Sequence record: NC_061440.1
Direction: 5' to 3' (one strand)
DNA: 64,000 nucleotides
Part shown: positions 10,594 through 19,620 of the stretch, piece by piece
How positions within the stretch are numbered: position 1 is the first letter of the stretch
Layout: each line of letters opens with the position of its first letter
Position numbers and translations under genes: made by a program
Notes under the pieces: model-generated
The model's input: only the letters and a program-made list of their open reading frames with translations
Databases searched by the model: none
Told to the model about the DNA's origin: nothing

Positions 10594-10677
10594 GTTTCGT
10601 CTCCTTATATGACTGTCTGAAATTATTGAATGGACGGCCTAGAACAAGGAGAAGGGTGCTATTTGGGTTAGAAATGC

Positions 10678-10705
10678 AAAAAGGGCAGCCGAAGCCACCC
10701 TTTTT
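10678..10705 (-). terminator. Rho-independent terminator
   Basis: GGGTGGC-TTCG-GCTGCCC followed by a T run on the minus strand. Confidence 0.8.
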
Positions 10706-10707
10706 GA

Positions 10708-11790
10708 TTAGCAATCACAACCTACTGAGTCAAAATCCAGTTTCAGGCCAGGATAAAGTTGGTTAAACTCCTCCAGAGGCATATTGAAACCAGCAGCACT
10801 AACATGTCCATCACCACCGCGCGAACGTGCAATGAAACGAGCACTACCCGCATGACCTTCAGGATAACCTTTAGAACGGCAGCTAACGTAAACCTTTGTA
10901 GGGTCACGATGGCCCTTACGTACCAGCATCACTGTTTGGAAGTGAGCATAGTTGTCATAGACGTAAGTACCAGTCTCGGATGCAATGCCCTTATCGCAAG
11001 GCACCACTGCATGTTTCACACCAATCAGGTGATTGGGTTCCGAGAAGTAGCTGTTCGTTTCAATCAGACCGCGAATTACTTCGTTGCGTTCTTCGATAGC
11101 GACAAAACCTTGTGCGATGATCTGTTCGATATCACCAGACAGGATAATCTTGTACGCAGCGCGAACGGTAGGAGGCATATCCGTGTAGAAACGACCACAC
11201 TTCTCAACTTCCTTGAACACGTCCTTAACGTAGCCTTCATAGAAAGCGAAAGCACGTTCATTGGTACGAATCCACAGGTCACGGTCAGACACCAGTTGCG
11301 CCATGCGAATGATGTTATCAGTGCAGGCATATTGGTGTTGCTGGAAGTCAGATACGTGCGCCATGTAGGCAAGCAGAGTACCACTACCACCAGCTTTGAA
11401 CGTCAGGTCTAGAGGCGATACACCCAGCGCAGCACATTCTTTGGCGTACAGCTCTGGGTCACGGCAATCATGGTGGTCAAGCACCTTGAAGTTACCGCCG
11501 AAGCGTTTTGTCATGACTGCCATCTGGCGCTCAGTCAGAGAGAAGTCAACAACGACAACGCGCGTGTAGCCTGTTGGGTTTTTAATGAAATCGCCTTTAT
11601 CGTCTTTGATACCTTCGAGACCCTTCATGTCTTCGAACTTAGTACCTTCGGCGTCAACGATATCTCCCTGGTCGTTCGCGTAGACAGCAGGGAAGAAGTG
11701 GAGAGTATCGTTCGGGTACGCAAGTGCTGTAATGGCAGCGGCGAAACTACCATCAGCACATCCTTGATGATAGACAACAAGTGTAGTCAT
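10708..11790 (-). CDS. DHH/DHHA1 family phosphoesterase (360 aa)
   Basis: Motifs YH..C.DG, VVVDFS, LDHH and GGDGHVSAAGF. Confidence 0.85.
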   Translation of the reverse strand: MTTLVVYHQGCADGSFAAAITALAYPNDTLHFFPAVYANDQGDIVDAEGTKFEDMKGLEGIKDDKGDFIKNPTGYTRVVVVDFSLTERQMAVMTKRFGGNFKVLDHHDCRDPELYAKECAALGVSPLDLTFKAGGSGTLLAYMAHVSDFQQHQYACTDNIIRMAQLVSDRDLWIRTNERAFAFYEGYVKDVFKEVEKCGRFYTDMPPTVRAAYKIILSGDIEQIIAQGFVAIEERNEVIRGLIETNSYFSEPNHLIGVKHAVVPCDKGIASETGTYVYDNYAHFQTVMLVRKGHRDPTKVYVSCRSKGYPEGHAGSARFIARSRGGDGHVSAAGFNMPLEEFNQLYPGLKLDFDSVGCDC

Positions 11791-11792
11791 TG

Positions 11793-12653
11793 TTAAACCC
11801 AGTGGTTATTGTGATTTGCTCCAGATTGGACGCTACGCATATGCTCAAGCATTTGGCGCAGGCCCGCCAGCGTCTGTTCTAACGACATGCGGTATTGGTC
11901 AGAGGCAACGTTCTCTCCGTAATGCAGTGAGAGAACGTACAGCGACCATTCTTCGGACTGGCGCAGGCGCTCCATTTTCTTATAGAGGTCTTGACGGCGT
12001 TCACGCGCACGTAACAGACGCTCCATTAAATTAAGTGAATCGTGAGATTTTTTCAGCAACTCGATATGAATCGCGTCGAGTCCCTCATAGTCCAAACGAA
12101 TCACTGCCTCTTTTGCCTTAAGGAACAACTCGCGGCGGCGCTTCTGTTCTTCGGCAGGAAGATTACGGCATTTGTCTGGATGCGTAATACGTGCGATGAT
12201 CTTATAGAGCGCTTTGCACTTCTTACGCAGGAGGGCCTTGGAGATTATCGCGTTAGACGCCTCACGGTCCGCTGCTTCTTCGTTGTCTTCCGTTTCGTGC
12301 TCGGTGTCCTGAACGAAGTTATCATCCATGAGCTTTTTCAGATCTTCTGCATTCGCCTGGTCTTCGAGATCGTCAGAGTCAGCCATCTGCAACATCAAGG
12401 CTTGAATCTGATTGTTAGTGATCTCAATCTCGGCGATGATTGGACGGTGTGTTGCATTGAGTCCGTCCACCAGCTTTGTAACACGTTCGCAGTCTGCGCC
12501 GTAACGCAGTTCAAGCGCGGCAACTTCTTCGAGAATCTCATCGAGAGTTTCGCCTGTCGCTTCTTCAAACTGCTGTACTTCTTCCGCCAGGTCCATGTTT
12601 GGTGGAACTGGTACTGGGAGTTGAGGGATAACCATCAACTGTGTATTTGTCAT
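11793..12653 (-). CDS. J-domain (DnaJ-like) coiled-coil protein (286 aa)
   Basis: KALYKIIARITHPDK ... ELFLKAKEA: HPD motif in J-domain helical context. Confidence 0.7.
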   Translation of the reverse strand: MTNTQLMVIPQLPVPVPPNMDLAEEVQQFEEATGETLDEILEEVAALELRYGADCERVTKLVDGLNATHRPIIAEIEITNNQIQALMLQMADSDDLEDQANAEDLKKLMDDNFVQDTEHETEDNEEAADREASNAIISKALLRKKCKALYKIIARITHPDKCRNLPAEEQKRRRELFLKAKEAVIRLDYEGLDAIHIELLKKSHDSLNLMERLLRARERRQDLYKKMERLRQSEEWSLYVLSLHYGENVASDQYRMSLEQTLAGLRQMLEHMRSVQSGANHNNHWV

Positions 12654-12844
12654 GGGCGCACAAGCTCCGAAATAGGTTTAGCTACCAGCTCTGCAATGCG
12701 CTGTGGACATTGCGGGTTGCGCTTCAAGTTCTTGTGCAACCACTGCAAGTTGTTACCTGACGTAGACACCTCAGCACGGAAGCTGGGCAGTTTAAGCTCG
12801 TCACGGTGTTTGTTTAACAGCGCATTCAGTTCGTTCAGTAACAT
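12650..12844 (-). CDS. Hypothetical protein (64 aa)
   Basis: Overlaps the next gene in ATGA fashion; AAGGA SD upstream. Confidence 0.65.
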   Translation of the reverse strand: MLLNELNALLNKHRDELKLPSFRAEVSTSGNNLQWLHKNLKRNPQCPQRIAELVAKPISELVRP

Positions 12845-12853
12845 CGTTTTTCC

Positions 12854-13474
12854 TTAAAGAGATGAGGTCATTAATTCGAGAACGTTTGATACCACATGCG
12901 CAGGACCGATTGAAATACCAGTGTGCGCCTGCAGGTGAATACGTTTAGTGAATAGCTCTAACGGGTCTGGCCCGCCGCCAGTCACTACGATGCGAGGTAT
13001 CTTCGGGAACATCTCAAGGATATCGCGCAGTCGTTCAATCTTATAACTGGTGCTGTCCATTGTTACGTTTGTCAGCACCAACAACGATGGTCGTTTCTGT
13101 TTGAGTTGTTCGTAGTCGAAACGATCACCATACAACGTTACCCAGCGTGGCTTTAACGCAGTTGCCTCACTATCCTCTACTGCTGCATTGAAGATAGACA
13201 ACGCAGCCATCTTCGCACGATAATCATTTGGGAAACTACTGATCACCGTGATACGCGGGTCAAACGAGAAAGGGTTTTGAATCATCTTCGCAAGATGCGT
13301 AAGCTGTTTGGTCTTACTTACTACCTTACCTTTAAAGTAAGGCGACAGTGGCTTATAGTCCTGTGCGGCTTCGGCCACATCGAACTGTTCACGCTTACCG
13401 AATAATAGCTGTGGGTCAACGCCCAGAGTCTGCATCTGCTTTGCTACAGCAGGTTCAAAGTCAAATGTTAGCAC
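12854..13474 (-). CDS. Hypothetical protein, possibly a degenerate DnaC/IstB-like P-loop fold (206 aa)
   Basis: GGAGG SD. SLLVLTNV and LRDILE..PRIVVT follow the DnaC Walker B/sensor pattern, but the Walker A is not intact. Confidence 0.5.
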   Translation of the reverse strand: MLTFDFEPAVAKQMQTLGVDPQLLFGKREQFDVAEAAQDYKPLSPYFKGKVVSKTKQLTHLAKMIQNPFSFDPRITVISSFPNDYRAKMAALSIFNAAVEDSEATALKPRWVTLYGDRFDYEQLKQKRPSLLVLTNVTMDSTSYKIERLRDILEMFPKIPRIVVTGGGPDPLELFTKRIHLQAHTGISIGPAHVVSNVLELMTSSL

Positions 13475-13499
13475 AATACCCTCCGTTATTCATGTTAGG

Positions 13500-13508
13500 T
13501 ATTTACAG
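13500..13508 (-). promoter_or_regulatory. CTGTAAATA promoter-like motif
   Basis: Recurrent 9-mer directly upstream of a gene start. Confidence 0.55.
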
Positions 13509-13856
13509 ATTCTGTAAGCGCTGCCACACAACGAATTTGACGTTTAGGGCATGTTCTTCACTCTCGGCAGCACGTCGGGGTTCATACTTAGGAGCGTACT
13601 GACGCAGATGGTCCTGACGGACTGCGAGTTGCGCTTCAATTTTGTGGATTGGATTCAGCACTTGACTGTACGAATGGTCTTCGATGATAACAAGGTTATC
13701 AATACGGAGAACACCAGGAACTTCAAACACTGTGGGCAGTACGCCGGGTTTGAATGCTGAACCCATAACTGTCTCATGGTATTCAACAAGCGCTTTAACC
13801 AACAAGCGGCCTGCGGATTGACTCAGTGTAAGATTGTACTCAGTACGGAATTCCAT
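13503..13856 (-). CDS. Hypothetical protein (117 aa)
   Basis: ORF with GGAG SD in a co-oriented gene run. Confidence 0.7.
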   Translation of the reverse strand: MEFRTEYNLTLSQSAGRLLVKALVEYHETVMGSAFKPGVLPTVFEVPGVLRIDNLVIIEDHSYSQVLNPIHKIEAQLAVRQDHLRQYAPKYEPRRAAESEEHALNVKFVVWQRLQNL

Positions 13857-13872
13857 GATGTTCTCCTTGATA

Positions 13873-14244
13873 TTACATCAGTGCCAGTTCAGGGTCGATA
13901 TACGTGTACGAGAACACGACGTTCCAACCAGAAGCAGCATCTTTGTTTTGATGATAGCGGAAGCCGTAGATCATCAGCTTGCCTTTGGTATCAGGCTCAA
14001 GCGTAGACTCATATTCAAGCCAAGCCGCCTCCAGCTTCATCTTCTCGGCAATGTCTTTCGACCAGCCATCGAAGTCATACGGACCTTCTGGAACTTCCCA
14101 GGACAGCGAATGCTTAGGCCAGTGTTCGGCTTGCATGTCAGTGTCTTTGGAAATCCAGTCGAGATGGTTAACGCCCATGTGATATGCAATTGCATGGGCA
14201 TAGCCACGCTCTTTCATGTAGCGTTGCAGTTGATCAAGACGCAT
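13873..14244 (-). CDS. Hypothetical protein (about 123 aa)
   Basis: Start moved to ATG 14244 (MRLDQL) after AAGGAG. Confidence 0.7.
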   Translation of the reverse strand: MRLDQLQRYMKERGYAHAIAYHMGVNHLDWISKDTDMQAEHWPKHSLSWEVPEGPYDFDGWSKDIAEKMKLEAAWLEYESTLEPDTKGKLMIYGFRYHQNKDAASGWNVVFSYTYIDPELALM

Positions 14245-14554
14245 TAGGTTGCTCCTTGTAGCGCGGGAATACGGTAACGCTAATGCGCGTAGTGTCCTTA
14301 TGGTGTGGCTGCTCATCATGCGACACAAGCAGGACGTCGGTGACTTCCAGAGTGTTACGAATGAGAATAAGCAACTGACCTACAACGGACAAAGGATGGA
14401 TGAAGTTAGAGACAATCATGTTGATCTCGGTCACCTGAGCATGATCGCCTACGCTAACATCACCATCCCATTCTTCTACGTGCATACACGCACGGACAGC
14501 TTCACTCTTGAGCATATCCATATCGAGAGTGAAGGGTAATCGCTCTTTCATCAT
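14234..14554 (-). CDS. Hypothetical protein (106 aa)
   Basis: AGGAG SD; downstream of a CTAATTT motif. Confidence 0.7.
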   Translation of the reverse strand: MMKERLPFTLDMDMLKSEAVRACMHVEEWDGDVSVGDHAQVTEINMIVSNFIHPLSVVGQLLILIRNTLEVTDVLLVSHDEQPHHKDTTRISVTVFPRYKEQPNAS

Positions 14555-14594
14555 AAACTCCTTATAGGCTGCTGAAAAAGAGACAGTCTATAAA

Positions 14595-15059
14595 TTAGAA
14601 AGCGACACCCTTAAGGAACGTCCGGGCGAATTTAATGAAGATCTTTTGCTTGGCTTCGGGCAGCTTACGATAGCGCTGGATAATGTCTTCCAGTGAATCG
14701 TCTTCTGTCAGATCAACAGGTGAGACTACACCCACTTCACCTTTGTGCCAGTTAGCTTTCGTGACAGTCAGCAGGAACGTGCCTCGAACTTCGTCCGCAA
14801 CACGTTCGCCTGGACCGCCTACAGGAACACGCACTTTGGTATGTTCGATATCGGCAATGCGCTGAATAGCAACACCGTCTGGGAACTGAGCGAACACCTC
14901 AGTCAGATCGATATCGGCTTCATTGTTCGGCGCAGGGTTTTTAGCAGTGAACGACACGCGAAACGTAATGCCACCATCAACGTCGTACTGACCGTCGAAG
15001 ATGATCTTTTTGTTTGCGCGTAGAGTGTTGCAGATTAGAGTATGTAAGGGATCGAACAT
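14595..15059 (-). CDS. Hypothetical protein (154 aa)
   Basis: GAGG SD; tightly packed with neighbours. Confidence 0.7.
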   Translation of the reverse strand: MFDPLHTLICNTLRANKKIIFDGQYDVDGGITFRVSFTAKNPAPNNEADIDLTEVFAQFPDGVAIQRIADIEHTKVRVPVGGPGERVADEVRGTFLLTVTKANWHKGEVGVVSPVDLTEDDSLEDIIQRYRKLPEAKQKIFIKFARTFLKGVAF

Positions 15060-15060
15060 G

Positions 15061-15597
15061 TTACTTCCTCAGATAGTCGGCCAGCATTTCAACATGATTA
15101 CGAATCATCCGCTTCTGGTCGAGTGTGAGTTTACTGAAAGGCGGCAGGTCTGGATAGATTCCCTGCATCGCCAGATACGTTGTCTGGATGTTGCGCTTAG
15201 GTGCAGGCTCTTCCTTTAGACACTTAAACATAACGTTAGTTAGCGTCCACGTATGCGTCTGACCATCAACAAGAATCGTTGAGTCTTCTGCATTTGTGAT
15301 CACAAGGTCGATGGAGTCAATAGCCATGCACACTTCATCAAGGCCAGACACGCTAACATCAAAATCATCATAGACACAGGTGCGTCCTGCACATGCACCA
15401 GTGCGCTGCCAGACGATCTTGATATCTGCCTTGTAGATGCCACGCAATTCACCGAGGTCTTTCTCGTACAGCGAATGTACCTTAATGTTACTGCCTGACT
15501 TCTTCAACAGCGCATTCATTTGCTGAACTACCATCAGCATTTGTTGTTGCAGCACATCCTCTGTGCTGACTACTTCGTTCAATGAAGTTTGCGGCAT
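15061..15597 (-). CDS. Hypothetical protein (178 aa)
   Basis: TAATG overlap with the helicase stop codon. Confidence 0.7.
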   Translation of the reverse strand: MPQTSLNEVVSTEDVLQQQMLMVVQQMNALLKKSGSNIKVHSLYEKDLGELRGIYKADIKIVWQRTGACAGRTCVYDDFDVSVSGLDEVCMAIDSIDLVITNAEDSTILVDGQTHTWTLTNVMFKCLKEEPAPKRNIQTTYLAMQGIYPDLPPFSKLTLDQKRMIRNHVEMLADYLRK

Positions 15598-17198
15598 TAG
15601 AATCGCCTCATACCTAAGTTAGACGGCTGGCCTTTCACACGCGCTTCTGGTTCAAAGAAGTCTGGCAGTTCTCCATCGAGCGCTTCTTCTCTCGACACGA
15701 CTCCCATCCAGTCACGCAGTTTCTTCGGTGTACGCTTCGCTTTCGCGTAACCAAACTTCCAGCACATCTTGAGAACTGAACGAGCACACTGCATCGAGCG
15801 GTCCATCTTAGGATCAATGAACATACGAATAACAGGTGTGCGTTTGTTTTCCATCGGCGTCAGAATACGACACGATTCCTGTTTCCAGTTCGGTTCGTTA
15901 TTCATTGGCATGATGTAGTACAGCGTGTCCCACTTCGGAACGTTCAGGCCGCGCTGCATCAATTTCCTCATACCGACGACACAACGAATCTTACCTTCAC
16001 GCGCTGCATCAATGATTGGCTTACGACGCTTCGCCTCTTTCGCACCGCCGAGGAACACGGCTGCGACTTCTTCCATGTAATGCTCATTGATACGCTGCAC
16101 CAGACGACGAGCCTGATCAGTGAACATAATAGGTATCGCAATGCTTCGACCAGCATCAAGGTCTTTGATAATCCATTCAAAGATTTTGTCGTTACGGTCT
16201 GGATGGTTCGCCAGGAACTTACAGAACCGCACCCAACCACTTTTGTTGTTGTAGTTCGCTTTCGACTGCACACGCGATGAGGTCTTGTGCAACGTTACTT
16301 TCGGCACAAGCTCTTCCACGAATGCTTCGGCAATCACAGGCCCGAAGATAGATTCAATCAGGTAGTGACGTCCGTCTTTACGCTTAGGTGTTGCAGTCAG
16401 GCCGAAACGATACTTCATCTTGAGCGAGGCCAGTACGCGGCTGTAGCAGCTTGCGTTACCAGCGTGACACTCATCGACGAACAACGTACCGTAGTTCTCG
16501 TTCAGCAACTTGAGTCGCTTCTTCGAGTTCTTGCTGTCAGAGATCAACGACTGATAGGTCACCAGAATGATCTGGAAGTTCTTATAGTCATCGAGAGTTT
16601 TAGGGAAGCCATACAGCTTCTTACCTGTCTTCTCCTCCAGCTCTGGCAGGTTCGTCATCTGCTCGATAGTCTCCAAGAAACCATCAAGGAAGTCTTTCTG
16701 GTCAGCCATAATGACTGTACGGAATCCAGAGTGACACGCACCAGCAGTACCGATAACTGTCTTACCAGAACGAGGCGGTGCTTTAAACACACCACACAGT
16801 TCGCCGAACATCTTCTCGAACGGCTCTTCCTGATAATCACGCAGCTTACCAGTGAACTTCACTTTATAGTCGAATGGCACACGGCTCGTACCATTGACGA
16901 ACTTCACTTCTTTCAGGCTTAACCCTGCTGTACGTTCGAAGCGGTGCATCTCGCCGTAAGGAATCGAAACGTAACGCTTACCCTTAATGTCAGAGTATTT
17001 GGCCAGCACGGTTATATCAACCAGTCCACCTTTAGAACACTGACGGCATTCTTCGGATGGACGTATAGAACGAAACTCACAGTTCTTACAAGCGGCGTTG
17101 TCGAACTCGTAGTGAGTCATCTTCTTGATGATGTTGTCAGCGTCTACATGCTTAACAGGAATGTGCAGACGGCTATCGACCAATACTTTGGCAGTCAC
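15597..17198 (-). CDS. Superfamily II DNA helicase (UvsW/XPB-like) with N-terminal Cys4 motif (533 aa)
   Basis: Motifs APPRSGKT, FVDECH, LTATP and atypical motif VI QESCR; CxxC..CxxC near the N-terminus. Confidence 0.9.
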   Translation of the reverse strand: MTAKVLVDSRLHIPVKHVDADNIIKKMTHYEFDNAACKNCEFRSIRPSEECRQCSKGGLVDITVLAKYSDIKGKRYVSIPYGEMHRFERTAGLSLKEVKFVNGTSRVPFDYKVKFTGKLRDYQEEPFEKMFGELCGVFKAPPRSGKTVIGTAGACHSGFRTVIMADQKDFLDGFLETIEQMTNLPELEEKTGKKLYGFPKTLDDYKNFQIILVTYQSLISDSKNSKKRLKLLNENYGTLFVDECHAGNASCYSRVLASLKMKYRFGLTATPKRKDGRHYLIESIFGPVIAEAFVEELVPKVTLHKTSSRVQSKANYNNKSGWVRFCKFLANHPDRNDKIFEWIIKDLDAGRSIAIPIMFTDQARRLVQRINEHYMEEVAAVFLGGAKEAKRRKPIIDAAREGKIRCVVGMRKLMQRGLNVPKWDTLYYIMPMNNEPNWKQESCRILTPMENKRTPVIRMFIDPKMDRSMQCARSVLKMCWKFGYAKAKRTPKKLRDWMGVVSREEALDGELPDFFEPEARVKGQPSNLGMRRF

Positions 17199-17200
17199 AT

Positions 17201-17752
17201 CTATTTCCTTGAGTTCGGCAGACCGTACTCACGCTGATTGATCAGGCTCATCGTATCAACCAGTGCGCGATAAGCAAAGCCACACTTGTCGATATCCTTG
17301 ATATACAAATCAAGTTCCTCTTTGAGCAAATCAAGTTGATCAGCGTAACGGTAATACTCCGCCATAATGTTTCTGACACAACGCTCACGCTCTTTGGCGG
17401 CGCCGACGGCTTTCAGATCTTTTGCATACGTGACCGAAGCGTAATCCTGAAATCGTTCCAACATGTCATTTAACAGTTTCGAGGCTGCGTGAACATGCGT
17501 CATAATCTCAGTCATACGGCTTCGGTACGATTGATCTTGAATTATCGACTCAGCCACCTTGTTGAGAGCGTTAGGGTCACCAGAGACATTCAGCGTTCTG
17601 ACTTTACGAATCTTAAACAACTGCCGAGCTTCATCCTGATACTCTGCTAATGGCAGTTGAAACAGATCGTTGGTCTTATAGATATCGCGCAACTTTTTGT
17701 AGCGCTTATCCTCTTTGACCTTTAATCGTATACGCTTTAGGTCGTCCATCAA
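17201..17752 (-). CDS. Hypothetical helical protein (183 aa)
   Basis: ORF in the replication operon. Confidence 0.7.
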   Translation of the reverse strand: MMDDLKRIRLKVKEDKRYKKLRDIYKTNDLFQLPLAEYQDEARQLFKIRKVRTLNVSGDPNALNKVAESIIQDQSYRSRMTEIMTHVHAASKLLNDMLERFQDYASVTYAKDLKAVGAAKERERCVRNIMAEYYRYADQLDLLKEELDLYIKDIDKCGFAYRALVDTMSLINQREYGLPNSRK

Positions 17753-18183
17753 TCACCTCTATCGGTTACCAGAAGAGGACTGTCTGGAGTCTTGTGCGGC
17801 ATAGCGAAGAAACTACCATGCTCATCACGATACACCAACAGACCTCCAGATGACCCTTCAATCGGGCAGGTAAAGTTAAATATCTTTTCAAGAGGCGGCA
17901 TATAGCTAACAGACACGTCATTAAACGTGCACCACTTGGCAGACACTTCAATCAACGAACCAACGACAGTATCGGCAAGGCGCAGGTAAGACTGCTTGAA
18001 GTGGTAACTATGTTCGATAGGAGCCACACTATCAATCGTCAGCTCATCACCGTACACAGCCTTATAAATTAGGCAGAAGCGGCGACGGCCACGAGGAGCA
18101 TTCGGTATTTCATACAGTACATCATGTATGAGTGAAGAAACGTCCCCACAGAGGACGTTTTTCTTGATCACCAGATTGATCAT
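17749..18183 (-). CDS. Hypothetical protein (144 aa)
   Basis: ATGA overlaps on both sides. Confidence 0.7.
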   Translation of the reverse strand: MINLVIKKNVLCGDVSSLIHDVLYEIPNAPRGRRRFCLIYKAVYGDELTIDSVAPIEHSYHFKQSYLRLADTVVGSLIEVSAKWCTFNDVSVSYMPPLEKIFNFTCPIEGSSGGLLVYRDEHGSFFAMPHKTPDSPLLVTDRGD

Positions 18184-19358
18184 GCTGGCAGGTAACCGAA
18201 GTACAACAGCGTGTGCGTGTCGAACTTGTAGTTCAGGCTGAATGCGTTCAGGCTATTGATGCTGCTGCCGTGGAAGCCCATGTTGTGGCGTTCTTCACGA
18301 CCGATGTTACGCAGCAACTCACGGATGATACGCATATCGAGAGCGGTAGTGAATTCCTTCTCGATTGGTTTCGCCAGCTTGAGACTATCCTGTACGCTAC
18401 CGCTATCGTTACCAAACTTGAGTCGAAACTCTTGCTTCTTAACGTGGAGCTTCGCGTTCGTGTTACCCTTCTTCTCAATCAGAGTCGAGATGTTGGCGAA
18501 CGGCGCGGACAGGTCACCTTTGATTACACAACCCAGAATCGGTTTACCGAGTTGCGCAATCATGTTGTCCATGTAGCGATAGTCTTCATCGCTTGCCTGA
18601 ATCGGAGGCAGAGTCAGTACGAACGATTCCGCTTCGGCAGCAAACGAACTGCTATCAACATGGAACGTTACCTTCTCCTCACCGCAGAAGCGATACACCA
18701 GATCGAACATCTCGCCCGTCATACTGAAACGGAATGGCTTCACTTTCTTTTTCAGTTCAGAACGATAACGAGAAGACGTCCAGTGACCAGGACTAACGAG
18801 CGACAGACTTGTACCGTCACAGATAACGCGACACATAACAGTCTGACCTGTGATGGTATCTTTCAAGCGAGTCAGCTTAACGCCTTGAGTCATCGCGTCG
18901 ATTACTTCACGCGTCATCTCATGGCCACCTTCGATATGGTGATGCAGACCCTGTTCAACCATCGGGATTTGTTCGGCAGACACAGGACGCAATTTAAGCT
19001 CGGCCTTGTATTTGCCTTTCTGTTCGCTGATGTGCAGCACCTTACCGTCGAACTCAACGTTCAGTTCCTTACGCTTGTTGATCAAGCCAGTCAACTGAAT
19101 CGGGTCGATGTTCATTACTGTATCGGTGTCAGCAGTTGCGCCAGGTACCAGATACGCAACGAAGGTATCTGGAGTACGGCCCAACACGAACACGTCAGAC
19201 TTGTACGTTACCAACAGATGGATATGCGTCAACTTATCGTCCGACTCGGAGAAGCGCGTTACCAGATCAACACGTTTCAGAATGTCTGACAGGAACGTAC
19301 CATTTAGTGTCAGGTTGCAGCTCTTAGCGGGGTTCTTCGGCAGTCGGCAAGTCTTCAT
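18180..19358 (-). CDS. Putative sliding clamp, DNA polymerase III beta-like (392 aa)
   Basis: Size and three-fold alpha/beta periodicity fit a beta clamp; lies next to the DNA polymerase, and a DnaX-like loader is also in the window; highly divergent. Confidence 0.55.
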   Translation of the reverse strand: MKTCRLPKNPAKSCNLTLNGTFLSDILKRVDLVTRFSESDDKLTHIHLLVTYKSDVFVLGRTPDTFVAYLVPGATADTDTVMNIDPIQLTGLINKRKELNVEFDGKVLHISEQKGKYKAELKLRPVSAEQIPMVEQGLHHHIEGGHEMTREVIDAMTQGVKLTRLKDTITGQTVMCRVICDGTSLSLVSPGHWTSSRYRSELKKKVKPFRFSMTGEMFDLVYRFCGEEKVTFHVDSSSFAAEAESFVLTLPPIQASDEDYRYMDNMIAQLGKPILGCVIKGDLSAPFANISTLIEKKGNTNAKLHVKKQEFRLKFGNDSGSVQDSLKLAKPIEKEFTTALDMRIIRELLRNIGREERHNMGFHGSSINSLNAFSLNYKFDTHTLLYFGYLPA

Positions 19359-19620
19359 CTCTATCCTCTAAAACAAATTGTAGTGTGCCCTGTATATTTA
19401 CAGCTTCAAGGCGCTTACCTGTAGGCATTAACAGGCCATTCAACACACCCAGCATATCAGCGCTGTGGCAGTCAGGTGCTATCTGGTGAACGTAGATATC
19501 ATCAGGCACATCACCTGGGTTAAGCTGCCAAGCAGTACGCAAGGCAGCACCCATGAATGCCGGGCGCTCTACCAGATGCCTGTTCAAAAATGAACATACG
19601 TCTTCGGCGCTCAACGTCAT
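19324..19620 (-). CDS. Hypothetical protein (98 aa)
   Basis: Coupled to the polymerase stop codon (ATGA). Confidence 0.6.
   Translation of the reverse strand: MTLSAEDVCSFLNRHLVERPAFMGAALRTAWQLNPGDVPDDIYVHQIAPDCHSADMLGVLNGLLMPTGKRLEAVNIQGTLQFVLEDRDEDLPTAEEPR
19395..19403 (-). promoter_or_regulatory. CTGTAAATA promoter-like motif upstream of the clamp-like gene
   Basis: Recurrent 9-mer. Confidence 0.5.
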
